Positions 18,341 to 26,796 of a stretch of DNA of 50,796 nt are shown piece after piece. The stretch lies in NCBI GenBank assembly GCA_030615105.1, contig JAUWZV010000002.1:1-50796 (forward strand), written 5' to 3'. The DNA is from Desulfobacteraceae bacterium. Its GTDB lineage: Bacteria; Desulfobacterota; DSM-4660; Desulfatiglandales; B25-G16. Below the pieces are notes generated by a model. It saw only the letters and a program-made list of their open reading frames with translations. It did no database searches and had not been told where the DNA came from. Both the position numbers and the translations under genes were made by a program. How positions within the stretch are numbered: position 1 is the first letter of the stretch; the number at the start of each line of letters is the position of its first letter.

Positions 18341-19270
18341 ATGAATTACTGTAGGGTAAGAAACATTTTTTACTATAATTTGAAACCATTCATTCGAAGA
18401 GAAGTCCAGATTTGGTTACGAGCCAAAGTTGCTAATCTAAAAGTTAGATTAAACTCAAGAGATTGGCCAATTGATGAGAATGCTGGCAAATTGCCTGACA
18501 ATTGGATAGGATGGCCAGACCAGAAAGAGTTTGCCTTAGTCTTGACGCATGACGTAGATACAGCGCGGGGTCAAAAGAGATGTTACCAATTGATGGAAAT
18601 AGAAGAGCGATTAGGATTTAGGTCTTCCTTTAATTTTGTTCCTGAGCGATATGAAGTCTCTTCTTCACTTCGTGCTCACCTTTTAAAATACGGATTTGAA
18701 GTAGGCGTCCATGGCTTGAATCACGATGGGAAACTTTTTTCATCAAAAATGGTTTTTGATAAAAGAGCTGCAAAAATCAATCAGATCCTGAAAAAGTGGT
18801 CGGCGGTTGGATTTCGCTCCCCTGCCATGCATCATAATTTAGATTGGATCGGTGATTTGAATATAGATTATGATGCTTCAACATTTGATACAGATCCCTT
18901 TGAACCACAGCCCGATGGCGTTGGAACGATATTTCCATTTTGGGTTAAGGCGCCATCCGCTATGAGAGGATTTGTGGAGCTCCCATGCACATTGCCTCAG
19001 GATTTCGTATTATTTATTCTCCTCAAACAGAAAGATATAAACATTTGGAAACAAAAATTGGATTGGATTGCTGAAAGAGGTGGGATGGCCCTTTTAATCA
19101 CTCATCCTGACTATATGAACTTTGGCAAAGAAAAGCTTGGACTGGAAGAATTTCCAGTTGAATATTATGAGCAGTTTCTAATTTATACAAAAACCAAATA
19201 TGAACACAGGTGCTGGCATGTTTTGCCGAAGGACATTAGCCGTTTCTGGTCAACGAATATTGTTAAATAG
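18341..19270 (+). CDS. Polysaccharide deacetylase-like (CE4/NodB-type, ArnD-like) protein
   Basis: LTHDVDTARG resembles the DVDT.RG first motif of ArnD-type deformylases/deacetylases, and conserved His residues follow (GVHGLNHDG, ITHPDY). The family call is motif-level only. Confidence 0.5.
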   Translation: MNYCRVRNIFYYNLKPFIRREVQIWLRAKVANLKVRLNSRDWPIDENAGKLPDNWIGWPDQKEFALVLTHDVDTARGQKRCYQLMEIEERLGFRSSFNFVPERYEVSSSLRAHLLKYGFEVGVHGLNHDGKLFSSKMVFDKRAAKINQILKKWSAVGFRSPAMHHNLDWIGDLNIDYDASTFDTDPFEPQPDGVGTIFPFWVKAPSAMRGFVELPCTLPQDFVLFILLKQKDINIWKQKLDWIAERGGMALLITHPDYMNFGKEKLGLEEFPVEYYEQFLIYTKTKYEHRCWHVLPKDISRFWSTNIVK

Positions 19271-19363
19271 GAAAACAAGAAGTCATCCCTTCGAACCGTA
19301 GTCATGAAAGTTCCTATATCAACGGTTCTATAGTCGCACAAAGGTAAATATCAGAAAAACATT

Positions 19364-19506
19364 ATGTGCCAAATATTTGAATATTATAAGTGCAGTTTGC
19401 GGAACTGTAAATATTGGAGGTTAGACCAAGATCGAACGTTGATCTAGCAAAGCATAGAGGGCCGGATAGGTTATTGGAAATAATCAAAAAGATATTTATA
19501 TTTTAA
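19364..19506 (+). pseudogene. Remnant of the N-terminus of a glutamine-dependent asparagine synthase (AsnB-type) gene
   Basis: MCQIFEYYK starts at 19364 (AsnB proteins start MC.IFG). HRGPD at 19453-19467 lies 89 nt downstream of that ATG, against 87 nt in E. coli AsnB, so the two motifs are in different frames. The reading ends at 19506, immediately before the next ATG. Confidence 0.5.
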
Positions 19507-20718
19507 ATGATTCAGTATTATTCCCCAAATATCAACTTTAGAGCACTTTTGAATTTTTTTTATGGAAGTAATTCTCGGGAAAAAATAGTCAGGTACTTTA
19601 AGAATTATACGGGGAAAAAATACATACTATTAACTCACTCAGGACGAAGTTCATTATACCTGGCCTATAAGGCTTTAGATAAAGAGGGTGAGGTTATTAC
19701 TAGCCCATTAACGTGTTTTGTTGCAATCTTACCTTTGCTTTGTGCACAATATAAACCCGTGTTTGTTGACATTGACAGGGACTCACTTAATATTGATGCG
19801 TCTAAGATTGAAGACAAAATTAGTAGTAATACCGTAGCAATACAAGCAATTCATCTAGGCGGCAACTCCGTGGAAATAACTAAAATACGGTCATTGGCGC
19901 TTAAATATAATTTAATACTGATTGAAGATTGTGCACAGGCTTTTGGTGCCACGTATCTAAACAAAAATGTCGGATCTTTTGGCGATGTCGCCTGCTTTTC
20001 GCTTACCAAAAATCTATTTGGTATTGTAGGTGGCATTCTGGCAACTGACAGCATGGAACTATATCAAAAAGCAATGAAAATCCAGGAAAGTTTTGAAAAA
20101 GCATCACAAAAATTTACTTATTATCGGTTATTTAGAAGCTGGCTTGAAACAAACCGAGGTAAAGTTGCCGGAAGATTTCTTTACAACCTTTTAATGAAAA
20201 TGAAAAATTGGTCTGTTAAATACGTAAAAAAAGACCAAAAAAGTATTTTCTATCCCGTACTTAATTATTTGAGAAGGCCTGCTGAAAACAGCTTTAATAT
20301 AACTGCTTTTCAGCTAAATCGCATTGACTATCTTCATAAAAAGAGAATAAATATAGCTAAAGTGTTAAAGGAGCGCCTAAATAGAATACAAAATATTAGT
20401 TTTCAACAGACAAGTGTCGAAAATCAACATTCTTTTTGTAAGTTTTATATTTACTCAGACTATTTTAATAAACAGGATATTGAATACTTAAATAAACAAG
20501 GTATTGAAGCTAAACACCTTGAACAAAACTATCATTTGTTCTATCAGGAAAGATTTGATAGGCAAGATTTACTTAAAGAAAACGCTTCTCTCCAATGCTG
20601 CATTAATTATTATGATACACACGATAGAGTTATCAGTCTTCCGTTACACGAAGAAATGACAAACAAAGACATTGAACATATTAGCAAGATATTAGAACGA
20701 ATACTAAGTCGTGTGTGA
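19507..20718 (+). CDS. DegT-family-like PLP aminotransferase (divergent), in a visibly AT-rich segment
   Basis: GEVITSPLTCF, IEDCAQAFGA and the lysine motif CFSLTKNLFGIVGGIL match the DegT/DnrJ layout. The C-terminal half is divergent. Confidence 0.6.
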   Translation: MIQYYSPNINFRALLNFFYGSNSREKIVRYFKNYTGKKYILLTHSGRSSLYLAYKALDKEGEVITSPLTCFVAILPLLCAQYKPVFVDIDRDSLNIDASKIEDKISSNTVAIQAIHLGGNSVEITKIRSLALKYNLILIEDCAQAFGATYLNKNVGSFGDVACFSLTKNLFGIVGGILATDSMELYQKAMKIQESFEKASQKFTYYRLFRSWLETNRGKVAGRFLYNLLMKMKNWSVKYVKKDQKSIFYPVLNYLRRPAENSFNITAFQLNRIDYLHKKRINIAKVLKERLNRIQNISFQQTSVENQHSFCKFYIYSDYFNKQDIEYLNKQGIEAKHLEQNYHLFYQERFDRQDLLKENASLQCCINYYDTHDRVISLPLHEEMTNKDIEHISKILERILSRV

Positions 20719-20968
20719 GAATATATGACCTGATATTAGAAGTAATTAATCATATGCAGTTGTAATTGCTCAATAGGTCCTGGGGCCACATTTGGATTCT
20801 CGCGGCGGCGCGAATCCAGTGAAAAGCGCGATATAGAAACTTTACCCAGACTCCTTGAGAGCCTATAGTAATATTATTTTCGATTATAAAGGAATTTCTA
20901 ATGTGCAAAATCCAAAAAAATACGAAGGACAATCTAATATCGCACTCGCGTTACGAAAGATTAGCCAA

Positions 20969-22183
20969 ATGAAGAAGGATATATCAATCAATATGATTCG
21001 GATTGCAATGGTGGTTTTTGCAGAGTATCCATCAGATGTTCGCGTCAGGCGTGAAGCAGAAGGTTTAGTCGAAGCGGGAATGGCAGTGGATGTGATCTGT
21101 ACCAGAGGTGATGCGGAGTCGCGAAAAGAAAAGGTTAATGGCGTTAATGCTTATCGAATTAAGCTGAGACGGAAACGGGGCGGCAAATTACGCTATATAT
21201 GGCAGTGGAGCTATTTTATTATTGCGGCATTTACGAAATTATCTTGGCTATACTTGATCAAAAAATATCGCGTCGTTCATTTGCATAATATGCCGGACTT
21301 CCTGGTGGTTGCCGCTCTCCTGCCCAAATTGACCGGGTCCAAAATAATCCTTGACTTACATGACCCAATGCCCGAAGTCTATATGACAAAATACTCGATG
21401 GCTGAATCTCATCCGGTCATACGGCTCCTAAAAATCGTCGAAAAGTGGTGTATTGGATTTGCTGATCTGGTGATTACTCCCAATATCTCGTTTCGTAATC
21501 TATTCATTTCTCGAAGTTGCCCCAGTTGGAAAATTCACATTGTGATGAATTCCCCTCAAGAGGAAATCTTCCAAAAAAATAACTTATATCAAAACAAACA
21601 TAAGACACTGAACAGAGGTGACTTTGTTATTATGTATCATGGCCATATTTTTAAAATGTATGGTCTTGATACGGCTATCGAGGCAGTTGCCCGGGTGCGA
21701 GAGCAGATTCCTAACCTAATGTTGCATGTGTACAATGATGGCGATTTCTTGGAGCATATTCAAAAACAGGTTGATGATTTAGGTCTCAAGGATATTGTGA
21801 AATTTCATGGGAAGGTGCCTGTAGAAAGCATCGCTGCAGCCATTGCATCTATTGATGTAGGAATCGTTCCGAACAATATGACACCTTTTACGAACTTGAA
21901 TTTCCCGACTAGAATTTTGGAGTTTTTGATTAGGAATAAACCTGTTATTGTATCTAAGACTCAAGGTATTTGCGATTATTTTGATGAGAACTCTATGTTT
22001 TTTTTTAAAGCTGGTGACGATAGAGATTTAGCAAGACAAATAATAAAAGTATATTCCGATCGCACGATGAGGAAAGATATCATCGATAGAGGAGTAAATA
22101 TTTGGAAGCAACACAGGTGGAACGTACAGAAAAAGTATTTAGTTAAAATAGTAAACCAGGTTTTAGAAAAAAATATCAATTAA
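20969..22183 (+). CDS. Glycosyltransferase, GT4-like (GT-B fold)
   Basis: IRIAMVVFAEYPSDVRVRREAEGL is a typical N-terminus. HLHNMPDFLVVAA...LDLHDPMPE and a C-terminal GT-B half follow. The first ATG is at 20969 (alternative 20993). The track start at 20855 is not an ATG. Confidence 0.7.
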   Translation: MKKDISINMIRIAMVVFAEYPSDVRVRREAEGLVEAGMAVDVICTRGDAESRKEKVNGVNAYRIKLRRKRGGKLRYIWQWSYFIIAAFTKLSWLYLIKKYRVVHLHNMPDFLVVAALLPKLTGSKIILDLHDPMPEVYMTKYSMAESHPVIRLLKIVEKWCIGFADLVITPNISFRNLFISRSCPSWKIHIVMNSPQEEIFQKNNLYQNKHKTLNRGDFVIMYHGHIFKMYGLDTAIEAVARVREQIPNLMLHVYNDGDFLEHIQKQVDDLGLKDIVKFHGKVPVESIAAAIASIDVGIVPNNMTPFTNLNFPTRILEFLIRNKPVIVSKTQGICDYFDENSMFFFKAGDDRDLARQIIKVYSDRTMRKDIIDRGVNIWKQHRWNVQKKYLVKIVNQVLEKNIN

Positions 22184-22318
22184 ATAATCATGAAAAATTA
22201 ACAATGTTCATTCAAAATATTTGAATCTAAATAAATTACAGAGAAATGGTAAGTATTAGAATTTATCCCAAAGCTACACGGCCCTTGAATAAAGTAGGTA
22301 AAAAAATTTAAAAAGCAT

Positions 22319-22665
22319 ATGAATCTTGGAAAATATGTAAAATTTATAGGGTTTATTCACAGTCCCGACTATTACGACATCTATCAACTGCTGATATATG
22401 TTTAAATCCTGAATTTAGAAATGAGTACACTGATTAAACAATGATAAAAATTATTGAGTATATGGCCTCAGGAAAGCCCATAGTTCAGTTCGAAACGACA
22501 GAAGGCAAAGCATCAGCAGGTGCGGCAGCCATTTATGTAACAAACAACGATGAAGTCGAGTTTGAGGCTGCGCTTATGTTTGAGGGAACTTGCGAGAGCC
22601 AGATCGGCAAAACCGAAGTCGGTATCCATTTTTTTGAAAGCCATAATTTCCTCCTAAAGGGTTGA
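22319..22665 (+). pseudogene. C-terminal stump of a GT4 glycosyltransferase (frameshift plus in-frame stop)
   Basis: VKFIGFIHSPDYYDIYQ shifts frame into TADICLNPEFRNEYTD-stop-TMIKIIEYMASGKPIVQFETTEGKASAGAAAIYVTNNDEVEF. This is the conserved GT4 tail (ADI..NP...EYMA.GKPIV) broken by a TAA at 22435-22437. No N-terminal half is present. Confidence 0.7.
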
Positions 22666-22838
22666 AATGCTGGAAGAAACATAGCACAGAGTGAGTTGTA
22701 AAGCATGTAAAAACAACAGATTGAAGCACATTATAAACAATATTTTTACAATAAACAGCACAACTTCGAAATCATTCTGATGACGTTTTGGTTGGGTTGT
22801 GCAAACGTCTCAAAGTGCCTCAAATTGAAGGGAGACTT

Positions 22839-23345
22839 ATGATGGGCAAGATCATAGCATATCTGAGAGTATCGACCGACCAGCAAGATTTGAATAATCA
22901 GAAACACGAGATTGAATCATACGTTAAAAAGCTGCACATGCAGATCGACGAATGGGTTGAAGTTGAAATCTCTTCGAGAAAAAATATGCACGACAGGCGC
23001 ATTGCAGAGCTGATTCAGGATCTGAAAAAAGGTGACAAGCTGATAGTCTCTGAGCTGTCGCGGTTGGCAAGGTCGATGCGCGAGACGTACAACATCGTGC
23101 ACGACATCGCAAAGCGAAAAGTTGAACTGCATGTTATCAAGCAGAATCTCGTTACGAAGGAAACCAACGATCTTTCAACCAAAATCTATATGAACTCTTT
23201 TGCTATGGCAGCGGAGATCGAGCGTGACCTCATTTCGCAACGCACAAAAAACGGTCTTGCCGTGCAAAAGCAGAAGGTAAAAAGCTCGGTAATCCGACTG
23301 CGCAGAACAAAGTGCTGGGGAATCGAAGACATCGTCTTTACCTAA
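22839..23345 (+). CDS. Small serine recombinase (resolvase/invertase) catalytic domain, C-terminally frameshifted or truncated, no HTH
   Basis: MMGKIIAYLRVSTDQQ (nucleophile Ser motif) and LIVSELSRLARS are present, with an RBS (gaagggaga). The usual ...AKA.GKKLG.P continuation (RAKAEGKKLGNP) is in the -1 frame near 23265-23300. Both frames stop by 23353. Confidence 0.7.
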   Translation: MMGKIIAYLRVSTDQQDLNNQKHEIESYVKKLHMQIDEWVEVEISSRKNMHDRRIAELIQDLKKGDKLIVSELSRLARSMRETYNIVHDIAKRKVELHVIKQNLVTKETNDLSTKIYMNSFAMAAEIERDLISQRTKNGLAVQKQKVKSSVIRLRRTKCWGIEDIVFT

Positions 23346-23390
23346 ACCTTTAATTTGTATATAGACTCAAAAAATACAAGATAAAATCCT

Positions 23391-24671
23391 ATGATAGACC
23401 CCAAAAATAATACGAAGTCACATAAGTCCTTATCCATAACTTATATTTTATTGTATTTTCCGCATCTTACTGAAACGTTCGTTGCTGAAGAAATTATGGC
23501 TGTTCAGTCACTTGGGATTCAGGTGCAAATTGTCTCCCTTTTGAAGCCACGGAAAGGTCCCGTACAGCCTCTTTCTAAGGAATTGTTAAAGCATGCATTA
23601 TATGCGCCCAGCTTGCTGAGACCTACTCTATGGAGAGCGCATTACTATTTCCTACGAAGGTCAAAGCACCTTTATTTTCAGTTACTTCTGACTTTGTTAC
23701 GTTCTCCTTTTTCCCCAAAATCTATTGTCTTGCTGACTAAACGGTTGGTAATTTTTTTTAAATCCGTGGCCGTAGCATATGAACTGAAGGATAGCGGTAT
23801 TCGGCTCCTTCACAGCCATTTTGCCTGGCTTTCGGCCGCAGGCGGTATGATTGTGTCTCAATTACTTGATCTTCCATTTACGATTACGACACACGCCTTT
23901 GATATTTACTCAAGGAAAAATGATCTTTTTAAACTGACAACTAGGGCGGCTGACCGCATTGTGGCTATATCTGAATACAACAAGAAAGTCATGCTAAAAT
24001 TGAGTAGCGACTTGAACGCGAAACAAATTGAAGTAATTCACTGTGGGATAGACCTGAATAGTTTTCAGGCGGCAGATGAAAAACCTACTATTAATGAAAT
24101 ATTCCAAATTACTTCAGTTGGTAGCCTGGTTGAGAAAAAAGGACACGAGTACTTGATTCGTTCTTGCAAAGAGATGGAAGTTCAGGAAATAGATTTCCAG
24201 TGTGTCATTGTTGGTAGTGGGGAACTCAGACAACCGTTACAAACATTGATTCAAAATTTAAACCTGGAAGATAAGGTTATTTTGGCCGGAGCTCAGGTAC
24301 AGCCCTGGGTGCGAGATAGATTAAGCAAAAGTGATCTGTTCGCTTTGGCTTGCGTGGTGACAGATGATGGGGGGCGTGATGGTGTTCCAGTGGCAATGAT
24401 GGAAGCGCTGGCTATAGAGGTGCCTGTTGTCTCTACCTCAGTGTCTGGGATTCCAGAGCTGATTCGGCATGAAGAAACCGGGTTATTGGTGCCAGAAAGA
24501 GACGCAAAAGCTCTGGCAGCAGCCATAGCCCGCCTGGCAAAGGACAAACCTTTGCGCCAGAAGCTGGCCAGGAATGGGCACACCCTGGTTGAGACAGAAT
24601 ATAATATCTCCAAAAGTGCAACCCGACTGGCCGGACTGTTCCAACAGGTCATTGAGGAGCGGGGAAAATGA
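23391..24671 (+). CDS. Glycosyltransferase, GT4 (WcaL-like)
   Basis: ITYILLYFPHLTETFVAEEI N-terminus. C-terminal GT4 signature DGVPVAMMEALAIEVPVVSTSVSGIPELI. Confidence 0.8.
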   Translation: MIDPKNNTKSHKSLSITYILLYFPHLTETFVAEEIMAVQSLGIQVQIVSLLKPRKGPVQPLSKELLKHALYAPSLLRPTLWRAHYYFLRRSKHLYFQLLLTLLRSPFSPKSIVLLTKRLVIFFKSVAVAYELKDSGIRLLHSHFAWLSAAGGMIVSQLLDLPFTITTHAFDIYSRKNDLFKLTTRAADRIVAISEYNKKVMLKLSSDLNAKQIEVIHCGIDLNSFQAADEKPTINEIFQITSVGSLVEKKGHEYLIRSCKEMEVQEIDFQCVIVGSGELRQPLQTLIQNLNLEDKVILAGAQVQPWVRDRLSKSDLFALACVVTDDGGRDGVPVAMMEALAIEVPVVSTSVSGIPELIRHEETGLLVPERDAKALAAAIARLAKDKPLRQKLARNGHTLVETEYNISKSATRLAGLFQQVIEERGK

Positions 24672-25327
24672 ACGGTCAGCCATCAACAACGAAAAAGTCC
24701 AATGAATTTAAGCGCCCAATTGTTGTGGGTGTCGCCGGAGGAACGGGATCAGGTAAAACCACTGTCGTCAGAGAAATTTTAAAAGCGCTTGATCCCGACG
24801 ATGTGTTGGTCATTCAGCACGACTCATATTACAGAGATCGCAGTCACCTGCCAAGCGAGGAACGTGCAAGCATTAATTACGATCATCCTGATGCTCTCGA
24901 AACTTCACTCTTAGTAGAACATTTGAGGCAATTGTCAGTGGGACAAGCAGTGGAAGTGCCCATCTATGATTTTGCCATTCATATTAGAAGACCCGAGTGC
25001 CGACGCGTTGAGCCTTGTAAGGTAATTGTGGTTGAAGGGATATTGATTCTGGCTGATCCTGAGTTGCGAGAATTGTTTAATATTAAGGTCTTTGTTGATA
25101 CCGATGCCGTTATTTGTTTTATTCGCCGTATGGAGCGAGATATCGCCGAACGAGCCCGGACACGAGATTCGGTTGTTAGACAATACTTGGAAACAGTACG
25201 ACCGATGCACCTCGAGTTTGTTGAGCCAAGTAGACGGTATGCTGACGTAATAGTGCCGGAGGGAGGCTATAACTCAGTTGCTGTGGATATGCTCATTACA
25301 AAAATCAGATCGGTGATCGAACGTTGA
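24668..25327 (+). CDS. udk: Uridine kinase
   Basis: VGVAGGTGSGKTT P-loop, with HDSYY and NYDHPDALE motifs. Its start overlaps the upstream stop (ATGA). Confidence 0.85.
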   Translation: MNGQPSTTKKSNEFKRPIVVGVAGGTGSGKTTVVREILKALDPDDVLVIQHDSYYRDRSHLPSEERASINYDHPDALETSLLVEHLRQLSVGQAVEVPIYDFAIHIRRPECRRVEPCKVIVVEGILILADPELRELFNIKVFVDTDAVICFIRRMERDIAERARTRDSVVRQYLETVRPMHLEFVEPSRRYADVIVPEGGYNSVAVDMLITKIRSVIER

Positions 25328-25349
25328 ATGCTAGCGCGGTTGGTGTTCT

Positions 25350-26786
25350 ATGGCTTTTCATTTACCGAGGAAATTGAGTTTACCGGAAGGTTTTCGCCAG
25401 ATGCCTGGTGTTCGGAAAATTATGCGGCTAGACAAAAAGGATGAGACCCTCAGAACGCACGTACTTCTCTCGGGCCTCTCTCTCGTACTTGGTTTAATAC
25501 TAGGTTGCCTAGTGGTCAATGTACCCCTTCTTTTTTTATTGTTTGGCATAGGCGGATTAATATTTGCTTATTTGCTTCTCTTTAATATCGAAATAGCCAT
25601 CATACTCGCTCTTTTGGCTCTGAATCCGCTAGCATACTATGACTATTTAGGGGGAGGAACTGCCGTTCACCCCAAAGGCCTGATGGGGCTAGCAATCGTA
25701 GGTGGTGCTATATACTTCTTTTTGTTCAATAAGATCGATTATTCTCGCTTGCCTGTCTTTAAACCTTTTCTGGGCTTTTTGATAGTATGCCTTGTTTCTT
25801 TGGTGTTTGTCGAAGACCACTTTATGGCTGGTCTGACGGTGACTCTTAGACTGGCAACCGCCCTGGCAATTTATGCTGTATTGCTTTACAAACTTGATTC
25901 GATAAGGAAGGTCAGATGGGTGATCGCCGCGATAGTTGCCGCCCCGATCTGGCCTACGATTAGCGGACTGTTGGGGGTTGCTGGGAAAGCGGGAGAGACG
26001 TTCAGCAATGCGGAGACTGCCAGGCTTGGTCACTCGGGTTCAGGCGTCTATCTAGCGATAATCCTGACGCTATGCCTGGTCCATTTCTTGAACGCCAAGG
26101 AGAATTCAAAACGTCTCTTATGGGGGAGCTTAACTGGTCTGTTTGGGACCGGCCTCTTTTTCACTTACGGACGCGCCGGGTGGATAGGCTTTCTGGTCGC
26201 GATGATTGTCATTGGTCTCATGAAGCACAGAAGGATGCTGACATTTCTTCCAGTGCTGTTGATCTTAGCGCTAATGATGCTACCAGCTATTTCCCAACGT
26301 TTTTCTGATATAGATATCGGCAAGTTGGATGATAGAAGTTCCAGTACGTTAGCTATGCGTATTGAGCTTTGGCAAGCGTCGACACAGGTCTTCAAGACTC
26401 GCCCGCTGCTCGGCGTGGGGTATGGTGTTGATAGATATCGAGTGAGTGAATACCTGGGCCAATACGAGTGGATGATCCACAATGACTATATGGCGGTCTT
26501 GGTTAGCACCGGTTTGGTGGGATTCATTATCTTCATGTTCTGGCACGGTCAATGGTTGGCAGTGCTTCTCAAAGTCTATAGAGTGACCGAGTATGAGTAT
26601 GACAAAATGATAGCGCTTGCAGTGTTTGCTGTTTTTATCACTTCTCTTGTGGTTCGTATCACTGATAATGTACTTTACGATACCCACAAGATGTATCCGC
26701 TCGCCGCTCTGGTAGCGGCTACCCTGGCCCTTTCTCGCATAAGAACGGAAGAGGAAGCCCGGAAATCAGACCTGGATCTGTCCTAA
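25350..26786 (+). CDS. O-antigen ligase/polymerase family membrane protein (Wzy-like)
   Basis: Polytopic membrane protein with the Wzy_C-type segment FFTYGRAGWIGFLVAMIVIGL and a periplasmic loop. It sits next to a flippase. Confidence 0.7.
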   Translation: MAFHLPRKLSLPEGFRQMPGVRKIMRLDKKDETLRTHVLLSGLSLVLGLILGCLVVNVPLLFLLFGIGGLIFAYLLLFNIEIAIILALLALNPLAYYDYLGGGTAVHPKGLMGLAIVGGAIYFFLFNKIDYSRLPVFKPFLGFLIVCLVSLVFVEDHFMAGLTVTLRLATALAIYAVLLYKLDSIRKVRWVIAAIVAAPIWPTISGLLGVAGKAGETFSNAETARLGHSGSGVYLAIILTLCLVHFLNAKENSKRLLWGSLTGLFGTGLFFTYGRAGWIGFLVAMIVIGLMKHRRMLTFLPVLLILALMMLPAISQRFSDIDIGKLDDRSSSTLAMRIELWQASTQVFKTRPLLGVGYGVDRYRVSEYLGQYEWMIHNDYMAVLVSTGLVGFIIFMFWHGQWLAVLLKVYRVTEYEYDKMIALAVFAVFITSLVVRITDNVLYDTHKMYPLAALVAATLALSRIRTEEEARKSDLDLS

Positions 26787-26796
26787 GGTCATCGTT

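Noticed and set aside
22441-22665. 74-aa ORF as an intact small gene
   Set aside because: It is the tail of a GT4 glycosyltransferase. The matching upstream codons are separated by an in-frame TAA and a frameshift, so I call it a pseudogene.
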